A stretch of DNA of 63,785 nucleotides, filler included, from Diploschistes diacapsis (GCA_023645945.1; 26 parts of 26 records of this genome joined end to end with filler, not necessarily neighbours in it), one strand, 5' to 3'. Shown: positions 1 to 11,710, numbered from the whole stretch's first letter. Made by a program: numbers and translations. The notes: generated by a model not told the origin, from the sequence alone.

Positions 1-460
1 ATTTAAAAACATTAATAGATCATTTATATAATAAGACACAAAATCGATCATATCGTTAAAATTATTATTTATGAATTATTAATACGAGTTAAAACCTACA
101 ATTAATCCGAAGGATATTATTATAAACTTGTATGTCTTTCATTATATCGAGAAGGTAATTAATTTTTCGTCTTTATTCGTGGTTATTCGTAATCGATAAA
201 ATATTTAAATAATATCGAATTTAATATAAATCTTTATTCGGGTTACCCAAATTATCGTTTCGACGATTAAAAATAAAAGATATCGATTTTTCTTCGTGAT
301 ATTATTTAATTTACGATAATCGACGTATATTCTTAATTCGTTCCTATTAAATTTTTTTACGCATAAGATTAGGAACGCGTATTCGGCTAAACTGGACGTA
401 ATAAACTTATTCGTTAAATATTCTTTTAAATAAGCCTTTAATACCTGTAATTTATTTAAT
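1..460 (-). mobile_element. RIP-degraded Ty3/gypsy reverse transcriptase fragment
   Basis: Minus-strand translation LKAYLKEYLTNKFI...ILCVKK...LRIYVDYRKLNNITKKNRYLLFLI...KIYIKFDI matches the gypsy RT motifs (LR.CVDYR.LN.IT.K.RYPLP.I). Near the contig start YINDLLMF is a G->A mutated YxDD box. In-frame stops are present. Confidence 0.9.
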
Positions 461-636
461 AATTGGCAAAGAAACTTATTATAGAAGTGAAAGTTGATTC
501 TGTAGCTAAGATGGAGCGAAAATCTACTTAAATACAGTAGATGCCAAGTGGCATCGTCATAGATGCCGCTTGTTGCAGCGAGGTCGGTACCACCTACCGC
601 TAGCAGTATTAAGCGATCTATCAGCAAGCTCAGTAA

Positions 637-1041
637 TGTTACGATCCAAGGTACTAGTCGGTAGTACTTGGCACGCAACAGCTAATCGGGCATTTCCCAA
701 CTATTCTTTGTATATAGACCAATCACGGACCAGGGGTTACGTGATTAACAGACTTCCGTTAAATAGATATTTGTCGGGAATAGATCTGTCGGGACAGATA
801 TTTATTAATAATAGTTCTATTACGACAGTTTTATTATCGATGATTAATTGTCGTTTTAAATTATATAGGAACGTCGTTGCGGTTTTTATAAATCCGGGGC
901 GTGTTTATTTTTATAGATATCCTTAGTTATTGCTCGGGATCAATTTATATTCGTTATTTTTATTCTTAAAGAGCTTTTTTTTTAAAGATAATTTAAGATT
1001 TATAATTGTTTTATCTTTTTTTCCTGTTTGCATTCCTTTTT
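637..1041 (+). mobile_element. LTR family A (TGTTACGATCCAAG...), truncated by contig end
   Basis: Starts TGTTACGATCCAAGGTACT. Homologous ends recur at 1573(-), 33381(-), 35074/35106(+), 36321(-), 36749(-), 58826(+) and 63188(-) with unrelated flanks. Confidence 0.8.
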
Positions 1042-1141
1042 NNNNNNNNNNNNNNNNNNNNNNNNNNNNNNNNNNNNNNNNNNNNTTAATTAATTAANNN
1101 NNNNNNNNNNNNNNNNNNNNNNNNNNNNNNNNNNNNNNNNN
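1042..1141. other. Artificial contig-joining spacer (first of 25 identical spacers)
   Basis: 44 N + TTAATTAATTAA (stops in all six frames) + 44 N. The same spacer starts at 2183, 3324, 4465, 5606, 6747, 7888, 26196, 27336, 28476, 29616, 30755, 31894, 33032, 34170, 35308, 36446, 37584, 55832, 56969, 58106, 59242, 60378, 61514 and 62650. Confidence 0.98.
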
Positions 1142-1573
1142 GAATTAAGATAGGTTTGATTTTTATTAAAAGAAAAGTATAAATAGAAAAAGAAAGTAGA
1201 ATAATTATAGATTTTAAATTATTTTTGGAAAGAAGGCTTTCTAAAGATAGAAATAACGAATATAAATTGATCCCGAGTAATAACTAAAGATGTCTATAAA
1301 AATAAACACGTCCCGAATTTATAAAAACCGCAACGACGTTTTTATATAATCTAGAACGATAATTAATTATCGACAATAAAACTATCGTGACAGAATTATT
1401 ATTAATAGATATCTATCCCGGTAGATCTGTCCCCGATAGATATCTATTTAACGGAAGTCTGTCAATCACGTAATCCTTAGTCCGTGATTGGTCTATATAT
1501 AAAGAATGGTTGGGAAATGCCCGACTAGCTGTTGCGTGCCAAGTACTACCGACTAGTACCTTGGATCGTAACA
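1142..1573 (-). mobile_element. LTR family A copy
   Basis: Ends ...GTACCTTGGATCGTAACA at 1573. It is the reverse-complement homolog of 637-1041 and differs mostly by C/T and G/A transitions. Confidence 0.8.
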
Positions 1574-2282
1574 ATTAGTCTTTTCGGTAATAAATTATTA
1601 TTGTTATATCGTCGACGCGCGTTCGTTCTTTTCTCGGATTTATATTTCTCGTTCTTTTCGTACTTTTATCGTTTTAGTTCTTTATAACGACTTCTTTTAT
1701 TCTTTTATTAAACTCCGGCTCGGTGCGCGTTAAATCCGTTAATATTATAAGTTTAAACGGGTTTTCGATCGGGTTTCGGAAACCGCCCGAGAACGAAAAA
1801 TAGAACGAATCGGGTAAAACAATTAAAACGATAAAAGAAATTAAGAAAAAGGAACGAGAAGGTTAAACGTAGGAATACGATCGTCTTTTATATCCTATAA
1901 TAACCGTCGGGAGGTACGTCACGGCTCATTCTCGGAATATTCTCGGCCTTATATTATATTTCTTACGAGCGCGGTTCGCTATCGTTTGGCTTACGGGGTA
2001 TTATCTCGACCATAACAGGTGATTTTTGTAATTATAATTTACGTATTTATGGTTTTAAGGTTATTCTTTTATTGAATAGACGTTCGTTTCGTAAATCGTG
2101 CCCGCGTAAAACCCGTAATGCTTCGATCGTCCGTAACGGGCTGTTATATATTTAAAATTATAATAATTAAAGTATTACGTAANNNNNNNNNNNNNNNNNN
2201 NNNNNNNNNNNNNNNNNNNNNNNNNNTTAATTAATTAANNNNNNNNNNNNNNNNNNNNNNNNNNNNNNNNNNNNNNNNNNNN

Positions 2283-2524
2283 TATTTAAAAATATTTCGA
2301 TGAATATACGAACACGAATATTATAATAAAAAAATTTCGACACGGACACGGACACGGACACTATATTATAATAAAAACACGAACATGGACACCGTAGTAA
2401 AAATTTTTAAAACACGGACACTGACACGGACACTACACTGCAGTAAAACACGGACACGGACACCGCAGCTAAAAAATCTAAAACACTGACACTGACAGTG
2501 TCAGTGTCAGTGACGGCCAGCCTA
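2283..2524. mobile_element. hAT-like MITE (TIR TAGGCTGGCCGT), partial
   Basis: Ends in ACGGCCAGCCTA; dense ACACGG/ACACTG subterminal motifs. Confidence 0.75.
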
Positions 2525-2850
2525 ATTAATACCTCGTGTCTATCTTATAGAGATATAGATTATAACACTTAAATATTTTTAGAATAAGTGTCTTAGACAG
2601 CATAACCGGGAAATCGTCTTTAATAATTAGATCCGTATTAATACCGCGACGAATAATAACGTTATTAAAAAAGACCGATATATCCATAACAGACAATACG
2701 ATAGATAGCTAGAAAAGATAACCCGGGAAATAACGATGAGCCCGACGAAAACAGTTATTATAAAGAATTTATCGTGAAAATAGTAAAATTAATAACGTTT
2801 TATAGAGACCGTAAGAAACTAAAACATTAAATACTTTAACTTTTAATATA

Positions 2851-3323
2851 ACGTGTTTCACGGTCATCTCGGTCACCCCCCCATCTCGGCCACCTCAAAC
2901 ACTACCGTTAACATTCTACGGTTTTTAGATATAACCTGTTCGTCGCAATTAGAATCTAATCGATTTAAATCGAATTTATCTTTTTCGATTTTAAAAACGC
3001 GACGACGTTTTTTAAGCGTTATAAGTCGTTTTAAAACTATTCGATTCGATTTAACCCGAATTATTATTTTAAGAACTTTATCTGTATTAAATATAAAACG
3101 ATCTTTTAATTCGATTTATTTATCTAATTTACGTTTTTTACGATTATTAAGAACCGTTTTTAATTCTCGGTTTTCTTTACGAAGCGTTATAAACTTATTA
3201 TACATCAATTTGAATATACGGATTATTTAATTCGAATAACGTCGAATCGGGTTAATAAATACTAAAACGGCTCGTAACGTTTCATTAAATTCTTTATTAA
3301 TCTTTCGTAATTCGGTCGTATTT
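2851..3323 (-). mobile_element. Fot1/pogo (Tc1-mariner) DNA transposon 3' end, RIP-degraded
   Basis: TA followed by TIR ACGTGTTTCACGGTCATCTCGGTCACCCCCCCATCTCGGCCAC, which has an internal direct repeat. Minus-strand relic LRKENRELKTVLNNRKKRK...LKDRFIFNTDKVLKI resembles fungal pogo transposase C-termini. Matching TIR at 59597-59639. Confidence 0.8.
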
Positions 3324-4080
3324 NNNNNNNNNNNNNNNNNNNNNNNNNNNNNNNNNNNNNNNNNNNNTTAATTAATTAANNNNNNNNNNNNNNNNNNNNN
3401 NNNNNNNNNNNNNNNNNNNNNNNCCTTCCGAGATATCAAATAATAATTAATAACTTTAAATTAAATTTAAACTAACCGTAGATTAACCGAGGACGGGGTC
3501 GATATATGTAACTAAAACTTAATTATAATCTAATTAAAAAAAAAAAAGAAAGACAAAATAATACACAAAACCAGACTCTAATAATTATAAATAAAAAATA
3601 AAAGAAAAATTCCTTCGAATTCTAATTCAATACATAAACTAAATACAAACAGAAACTTATTACTAAAGCTTAAACTACTCTAAAATTAATCAATTAATCG
3701 TTGTTACCATTTATCAATATATATTTAAATTAATTTATAAAATAAAGATACATTTTAAAAGCTATAATTACCATCGAGCTCTTTATAGCTACCATTATAA
3801 TTATTAAACGGGTGGATGCTTAATGGCATTATATCCCATAACGTCACAGGCGACGCCAGCGAGGGCAGGGACAAGCGAGCCCAGCAAGAACAAGCGACTC
3901 TCCCTAGTAGCACTATAGCTACTACAGACTCCCAGGGCGAAAAGCAGTAGTAGCAGCAGTAGTCGTGGCAGCAGAAATCGCTTTCGAAAGGTGGCGAAAT
4001 GAAGGTTTGTTTGTTGATGAAATGAAGGTTCGATTGGTTTAAAAACTTGTATGGGACCCCAAGCTCTTTTATCGTAATTG

Positions 4081-4425
4081 ATTAGATCGTGGCTTCTGAT
4101 TCGTCGATCTGCTTGTCGTAGGTTCTTGATAGGAGCTTTTCGTCGCTTTAGGTGGGTGTGTCGTACGTAGATCTACTACTACCAGGTTATCCGCTTAGGT
4201 AGTGTCTTATCGCGATAGATAAGATTAGATCTAGCACTTCAGCGATAGCTGAATACTGATGAGATCGAGGGTTCTGATTGGTCGATCTTTTGTTTGTCGT
4301 AGGAGCTTTTCGTCGCTTCTGGTGGGTGTCGTAGGAGGTTTTTCGTCGTTCCTAGGTATCGTAGACCTTCATCTTTAAAAACGCGTTAGTTCGCGTAGGC
4401 AGCATCAGATAAGATTAGGTCTAGA
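4081..4425. repeat. Imperfect ~180-bp tandem duplication inside an unclassified repeat
   Basis: AGATCG..TTCTGATT.GTCGATCT...GGAGCTTTTCGTCGCTT..GGTGGGTGT...GATAAGATTAG.TCTAG occurs at ~4084-4234 and again at ~4262-4425. Confidence 0.6.
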
Positions 4426-4699
4426 TTCTTTTCGTAAGTAGGTAGGTAGATAGGTGGTATAGGCNNNNNNNNNNNNNNNNNNNNNNNNNNNNNNNNNNNN
4501 NNNNNNNNTTAATTAATTAANNNNNNNNNNNNNNNNNNNNNNNNNNNNNNNNNNNNNNNNNNNNATCTAAAAGCGTATTTAATTAAAAACGACGCTAAAA
4601 GAGGTTTAAAGAAACAGAAATATTTATTACGAAAAAACGGGTATCCTTTTAAATAAATTAGAAAAAGGAATAAAGATCGAAGTAGAAATTGATTAAAAA

Positions 4700-5134
4700 A
4701 AGAACATCGCGTTTATAAAAGACATAAACATCTAAAGAAGAGGGTAATAAGATAACCCAGTTCAGGGGCCTGCTAAGTTACGGTAAGATTAGTATCCAGG
4801 GGCTTGCTAAGCCACGGCAGGGTTAGTGCCCAGGGGCTTGCCAAGCCACGGTAGGGTTAGTACCCAGAAGCTTGCCAAGCCACGGCAGGGTCAATGCCTA
4901 GGTGCTTGCCAAGACACGGCAGGGTCAGGAAATGGTTATATAGATAAATAGTTTTCGAACCCCGGTAGGTCTAATACCCATATTACTTAACGGTACCTTC
5001 CTCCCATTTAGATGATTTCTTCTTCAGCTTTTCGAATCGAGACCTTTTACCTGTAAATGCCCAGCTACACCTAATCCTTCCGGATCAGGCCCAGCCCCCG
5101 GTAGAGTAGCATCCTTTCCTGCGCTGGCGTTTCA
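4700..5134 (+). mobile_element. Putative LTR family D with internal 34-bp tandem array (4769-4928)
   Basis: About 4.7 copies of CTTGCCAAGCCACGGCAGGGTTAGTGCCCAGGGG (units at 4769, 4803, 4837, 4871, 4905), then a TATA-like site; ends ...GCGTTTCA. An inverted homolog starts TGAAACGCCAG at 31534, with related pieces near 7200-7410 and 62330-62470. The 5' boundary is approximate. Confidence 0.55.
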
Positions 5135-6165
5135 TTTCTTTCTTATTACTTCCTTCTATTCTTTTCTAAAGATTGGGTCATTAATGATCTTTTTATAACT
5201 TTTTAGAATGTTAATTTAAGATAATTTTAGTTTAACGTCGCTAATTATTTCTTGCTCGCTAGCGATTAACGCGATATAACTCCTTAAAATTTTAACCGAC
5301 GAATATCCTTTATTATCCCGTTCTCGTTTATCAATAATAAGGGTCGTATTAAACAATTTTCTGTCTTAATGCGTAATTATTGTTATTAATATATTATTCA
5401 CGTTTATTTTGGTTGATTTAAGTTTAAAGTGGAATTAGGGTTCAGGTTCGAGTTTAGGTTCAATATTTTTCTTTAAAACCTTTACTCGTAAGAACTTTCT
5501 AATTAAAACATCGGTCTCTAGAGTGTTATAATTTATAATTAATTTAAATGGTTTAGCATTTTCTGTCTAACCTTTTAGAGCATAGGTCCTTAGGGTGCTG
5601 TGATTNNNNNNNNNNNNNNNNNNNNNNNNNNNNNNNNNNNNNNNNNNNNTTAATTAATTAANNNNNNNNNNNNNNNNNNNNNNNNNNNNNNNNNNNNNNN
5701 NNNNNTTATATATCTATAATTACTATATAAGTTAATTATAAATAAAATAAATCCGTTAAAATCACGATTATAGATCTAATATCTAAAAGATAAACTATTT
5801 TCGTTAAAATATATAAATCTAATAAAAAAATTAAGAAATTATTAGATATCCCGAATAATAAATGGTTTAAAATTAGGATCCATAATTAAAAAAACGAATC
5901 GTAAAGATCTTAACCGGAAAAGATCCTTTTCTCTTATATCCCGAAAAACGGAAATTAACGGTAGAAGTTTTTTATTTTTTTTTATTCTTATAGTTTTCAT
6001 TTGTCAGGTTTAAAATCGAAAAATAAGCAATCTTTATTATTAAAGGACCTTAAAGGTTCATATTCTAATATTACTACAGAAAAAACATAATAAAAATTTA
6101 ATAAAGCTTGTTATAAAAGTTCATATATTTTTCAGCCCGAATCACTGCGAGAACAAACTCCATAT

Positions 6166-6746
6166 TAGGCTGGCCGTCACTGACACTGACACGGCCGTGT
6201 CAGTAACACGGACACTGACAGTGTCAGTGTCCGTGTTTTAGATTTTTTTGCTGCGGTGTCCGTGTCCGTGGATTCACGGAAATATAGTGTCCGTGTTAAT
6301 ATCCGTGTTTTAGATTTTTTTGCTGCGGTGTCCGTGTCCGTGGATTCACGGAAATGTAGTGTCCGTGTTAATATCCGTGTTTTAGATTTTTTAATTGCGG
6401 TGTCCGTGTCCGTGGATTTACGGAAATGTAGTATCCGTGTTAGTATCCGTGTTTTAAAATTTTTAATTACGGTATCCGTGTCCGTGTCCGTGTTTTTAAA
6501 AATAATTTTTAAAAAATAAAAGCGTGAGAAATAAGCGTGATAATTTTAAAAATATTAAAAAAAAAAGTGTTTCCGTGCTTTTATTGCAGTGCAGTGTCCG
6601 TGTTAATAGATTTATGGAAATATAATGTCCGTGTCAGTATCCGTGTTTTAAATTTTTTAATTGTAATGTCCGTGTTAGTATCCGTGTTTTAAATTTTTTA
6701 ATTGCGGTGTCCGTGTTTATAAATTTACGGAAAGATAGTATCCGTG
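6166..6746. mobile_element. hAT-like MITE with 72-bp internal tandem units, partial
   Basis: Starts TAGGCTGGCCGT. CCGTGTTTTAGA recurs at 6231, 6303 and 6375 (72-bp period). Confidence 0.75.
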
Positions 6747-7563
6747 NNNNNNNNNNNNNNNNNNNNNNNNNNNNNNNNNNNNNNNNNNNNTTAATTAATT
6801 AANNNNNNNNNNNNNNNNNNNNNNNNNNNNNNNNNNNNNNNNNNNNGGTTTAATAAGGTTCAACTAAATTTCGATAATTATTAAGTAATCGAGTAGGTTC
6901 AGTAACAGTATAGTTGAAAATCGATGATTAACGAAGGGATCGAATGGGTCTAATATCAAAAATAACGGTTCGGCTGGATTTCGATAGTTAATAGATGATC
7001 GATAAGATTCAGCGTGATTTAACTAAACTTCGGTATTGTCGAGAAAAGAAGAAGGAGAGGTTTTTTCTTAGTCTATATAAATGATAATCTGGATCTAAAT
7101 ACTTCTTATTTAGGCCTATTTTTGGTTAACGTAAAAAGGTCCCGCGATCTTTTATAATAGTATATCTTCTATTTTTGAATTTATTTATTTTAGGGTTTGA
7201 ACATCCTGATCGTTTGTGGGTTCAAGGGTTGAACCCTGGTAGGGCTGGTAGGGCTGGCACTCAGTATTTATATGTGCCCTGCTCCCACCTAGATAGTTCC
7301 TTCTTCACCTTTTCGAATCTGAACCATTCAGGCTACAGATTGCAGCTACACGTGATCCTTCCAGATTAGGCTCAGCCCCTGGTTGTGTGGTATTCCTGTA
7401 GGGGCGTTCTAAGGGTTTTATGATTTAGATCTTAGGTTTTTGGATCTTTTCGATTTAAGTCTTTTAAATAAGGTCAGCGTATTCGGTCCCGCGTTCGTAA
7501 CCGTTTTAATTACCGGGAAGATTTATTTCCAATAAAGACGAAATAGTTCGAGTAGATTAACCC

Positions 7564-7794
7564 GGGTTTATAATCTGTTTAATAACGTAATGGATATATT
7601 AAAGTTTAAAGGTTTTATCATTTATAAAAATATTTTATTGTGTAGATTTTTATATCTTACGGGATCCGTTAAGCTTTATTATTATTATTACTTCCGATCG
7701 GTCTAGTCAGAGTTCTAGGAAATTCAGCTGAACTGAACCCCCGATTAGAACTCAGTCGAACTCCCAGCCATGCCTTCTGCCTGTCTGCTCAACA
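7564..7794 (-). mobile_element. Ty1/copia 5' LTR (7576-7794) plus PBS (7564-7575)
   Basis: On the minus strand it reads TGTTGAGCAG...AAACA, followed directly by GATTATAAACCC, a G->A mutated form of the copia PBS GGTTATGAGCCC. The other flank (7795-7887) matches the pogo relic in contig 30855-31893. Confidence 0.75.
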
Positions 7795-8574
7795 CTTTTT
7801 TCGATTTATCGGACCCCTTTATTTCTATCTTATAACCCTCTTTCAACCTCGAATCAATTCGATTTAAATTTATTCTTAATATATAATNNNNNNNNNNNNN
7901 NNNNNNNNNNNNNNNNNNNNNNNNNNNNNNNTTAATTAATTAANNNNNNNNNNNNNNNNNNNNNNNNNNNNNNNNNNNNNNNNNNNNCCTATGCTCCTGG
8001 ATCGCCGGTCCAGTCCGTAAATGTAGATTGATCCAAAACTCAGCAAAATATGCAGTATATCGTTCGAGATGAGCCCGACTTGCTGCAAACTATCGAGGCT
8101 CCACATTATCAAAATTAGCAATGGAACAGCAGTTATTTGGGCAATTTTTCAGTTCTTTATTCATAAATCGATACAGAACACAGTGCCAGCTACTACTTGT
8201 CATCACCGCCGCCTCACTGTTACTTTTTGCCTGGTGACCTACGCCACCTTGTCCTTCCTGCCTCCAAATTCGCAGTCGTGGTATCTCATACAAACGCATT
8301 CATTACCTTGCCTCGATCGTGATCCTAAACCCCAAGGTGCTGCTGCGCCATTGACTTGTACTCCAGTAAACACAAGCTCATCGATCGATCCCAATTATCA
8401 AAGCCCAGCCGCCAGCGCCTTGCTGATAAAAATGATACCCGTAGGAAAATTCAGGCCGTCGCACGCGCCCCCCCCCTCCCCCCCGCCTTATGCCCCTTTT
8501 ATGTTGTTAATTCCCTCCGTCCGATTCTCCCATGTGACGTAGCATCACCCGCGTGTCCCACGGGGACAAAGTCC

Positions 8575-11172
8575 CTACTTGCTTCCTCCAGCCATCTTCC
8601 AGAGCTGCTCCTTGTGCTTCACCAGCTTCGCATGCATCCTCTGCAGCTTCTCCACCCTCTCGTCGGGAGGGTCGGCCAGCGCTTGGAGCTCGCGAAGCAG
8701 GGTGTGGTAGCGCGCCCACTGAACCTTGAAGGAACGGGCGTAGTCGAGGTCGCTCTTCGACGGTGAGACGTGCTCGACGGGAGCAGGGGAAAGGTCGCTG
8801 CTGGAGTTGCTGTTGGCGGGCTTGTCGGACTCGGGCGACGTTGCTGGCGGTGATTCCGGGAGGCGGGGGCGTTTTGCCGCACGTGGGGTTTGGGCTGCGT
8901 TGGCGCCGTTGGTCGGAGCCGACACGCCACCGTGCTGGTGGACGTCGGCGTCGAGATCGTTGGCGCGGCGCTTGAGAGGGCGGGCAGAATCGCCACTCAC
9001 GGCGGGACTTTTGGTAATTTCGGTAGCACGGGCGGCATTCTTCTGCGCTTCCAGTCTCTCGCGGCGTTGGTTGATGAGTGGGGAGCCCGAGGATGAAGAA
9101 GATTTGGAGGAAGCGGCCTTGAGAATCTGCTCGTGCTCAAAATCGGAGGCATTGGTAGGAGGGGAGGAGCCCAGGGGCGATGGCTTGACAGGCGAACTGC
9201 CCGAGCGTTTGTGCGAGAGGGTCCGAGCCATTGCCACGGGGCGCTGCGATTCGGGAATACGGGGCTTGGTAGAAGTTGATAGACCCATCGGCTTGCTATC
9301 GGTTTGGGGCTTCTTCGCTCCGACCCCAGGCAGTGGCTTGCTCGTAGGCTTCTCTTTTTCCAACTTGGAATCGGGACGTGCAGCAGCATCTTTCTTCTCC
9401 GTCTCTTTCCCAAGGTCTCTTTGATTCGCAGTGGCCCTGTCGGCACCCTTCTGCGTGCGCTTTTCTACAATTTTCTGCGTGGTCTTCTCCAGCGGCTTCT
9501 TCTCCGCCACCTTCTTCTCCGTCGTTTTCGTTTCCAAAGCCTTCTTATCGGGTACCTTCTCGTTCCTCTTCGTCTCCGCAGCCTTCTTCTCCTGAACAGG
9601 CTTGGCCGTCGGCTTCGGCTCCTCCTTTGGCTCCTTCGCCGGGACATCCTTCCGACCCTCGTCTTCCGCCTTCCTCTTCGGGCCTGGAGGCTGCGAAGGA
9701 GCCTCGTCCAGCTCGATATCCTCGTCCGAGTCACGGACATATTCTGCAGATTTGATCTTGCTCGAAGACGCGGATGCGTTCTTGGCCTGTGCCTTCTTCG
9801 GTGCCACTTTCTTCGCCGCCTTCTTTTCTGCCGCCTCTGCTGCAGCTTTGGCCTTTGCGTTCGCCCTCTCGGCCGCCTTCTTCGGGTCCCTTGCGAACAG
9901 CCTCTTGGACTGTGCCTCTCGCTCGCTGATCTTCTTTTTCGTAACGGGGTCTTGCGACCTCGACCTCACTTGGGCGTCGCTCGGAGCCAGCCTCCCCATT
10001 CTTTCCTCTTCGCTTTGCTTGTCCTTGTCGCTGACCTCGCCGGCCGCGGCGGCCGACTCGACGTTGATCCGAGGCGTCCTCGCTTGAGCGATCGGGCCGC
10101 CGTGAAGGTTGCTGAGCTTGGACAAGACTTTGCCCTTTCCTCGCTCGGTTTTCGGCAGCAGCTTCTGCCACAGAGGGTCGACGATGGAAACACGTTGCCT
10201 GTCGTAAGCTGCGATCGCACGATCGATCGCACCTTGTCTATCGTCCTCCCTGGCGTAAGAGAAACCCCAAACGTCCAGCTCTTTGTAGCCGCGTTCGGAG
10301 AGATTGAACTTGGTTTTGTCAAAGTTCGACTCGCGTCCGTACTTTTCCAGCAGCGGTTTGGCATCTGCGGGGTCGCACTTCAGTTCGCCGACAATGTATT
10401 TCTCGGAAACTGCACGGACTGCCAGTAGGTGAATCAAGGCCCTCTTGATTGCTTCCTGCTTCAACAGCTTTGCATCCCGTTGGCCCGGTTGCGGGGTGAC
10501 GCCGCCAAGCGAAGGGCTTGTAGGAAGAGACTTTGTGGTCGAGTTACCATGGCCACCACCGAACATACCTATGCGGTGGGCTTTAAGGAGGGCGCTCCGT
10601 CCGCCTTTGGCAGGAGGAAGCTTTGAGCTATCCTTGACAAAGATAGCCCTGGCGGACCAGTCAGCAAGCTAGTAAGGTGTGTGACCATATTCACTGACTT
10701 ATTGGCATCCTTCTCCTCTTTGGCTTTGGCGTAGTTCTGCTGCAGCGCCGCGATGGAGGGATCATTGAAATCGATATCCCTAGGGACATTCATCTCGAGT
10801 CTTGCTTGTGCGTCTCTGAGGTTAAGTCGTGCGGAGAGTTGCAGCTGCGTGGAGTCGGCTTGTTGCTTGAACAGGAGTGCTTGTGGATGGTAGTGCGTTT
10901 GTACATGGTAGACTTTCTTGTCGATAAACAATACCTGTTGTGTTGTACACGTCAGCCCCTGAGCCACGTCGAACGCTCAAGTAACATACCGGCTTCTTGC
11001 CCAACGACACCATGACCTCGGCCCCGCTCCGCACCTTGGAGATTATTTGCTCCATAGAGTCATTGCCCGCGGACATAATCTTAATGGCCTGAGCATGTTT
11101 CTTCATTTCCTTTCCGACGGTCGGAAAGCCCGATAGAGGGAGGCCCGCCGACGGGATCGATATTGGAGCCAT
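8575..11172 (-). CDS. RNA polymerase II elongation factor ELL-like protein (~830 aa, 3 exons: 11172-10990, 10934-10699, 10648-8575)
   Basis: GT..AG introns with CTGAC branch sites join three ORF pieces in frame (2493 nt). Central ALIHLLAV winged-helix-like region, K/E/S/P-rich linker, and a C-terminal occludin/ELL-like helical bundle (ARSFKVQWARYHTL...KLQRMHAKLVKHKEQLW). Confidence 0.72.
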
Positions 11173-11710
11173 GGCGGGCGGAAAGAGAGCAAGGGTCGCT
11201 CGCTCTTGTAGGTTAAAGGTAGGTGTACGCTCGCTACCGCAGCGTGAAGCTGAATAAAAGTCCCATTGGAATCATCAAGGCCGTCTTAGACAATCTTCGA
11301 TTGGTTCGAAGGTTGTCTATGTCAGCTATGACAATCGGTATCGACAAGAGGAGCTGGCTGCTCCGAGACAGCGAGCACAAGGAGTCAGTACAAAAGAAAA
11401 AGCGGGCGGTTGCACGGCTATGATCTGCAAGAAGCCATTCAGGGACAGGGCTGTATGGGGTAAAGCGAGGGAGCACAGGAATGGGAGGGGGGGTATATCG
11501 AACAAAAGGAGGATGATTAAGCTCGTTTCTTTGTCGCTGTCTCTTGTTCCTCCCTTCTTTGGATGTGGTGACGTTGTGGAGGCGGGCGGGTTTGACCGCA
11601 GCCAAGACGAGCAGTCAGAGAAAGGAATGTTCAGCAAATATCCAAAGGTTTGGTGAAGCTCCGAAGATGGAATGCGATGGGATGGGAAGTATTACAAGGT
11701 ACGAAGGTTG

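Noticed and set aside
1086..1097. Recurrent palindrome TTAATTAATTAA
   Set aside because: Synthetic six-frame stop linker.
637..1573. Apparent ~400-bp inverted repeat or hairpin centred near 1090
   Set aside because: Two independent LTR copies on separate contigs placed by chance either side of an artificial spacer.
6166..6746. Regularly spaced repeats resembling a CRISPR array; 87-aa repetitive ORF 6256-6519
   Set aside because: Units repeat in full with no unique spacers, lie inside MITE TIRs, there are no cas genes, and the context is eukaryotic. The ORF merely reflects the 72-bp period.
8807..10428. Long plus-strand ORFs (205, 374, 161 aa)
   Set aside because: Antisense shadows of the GC-rich, low-complexity ELL-like exon.
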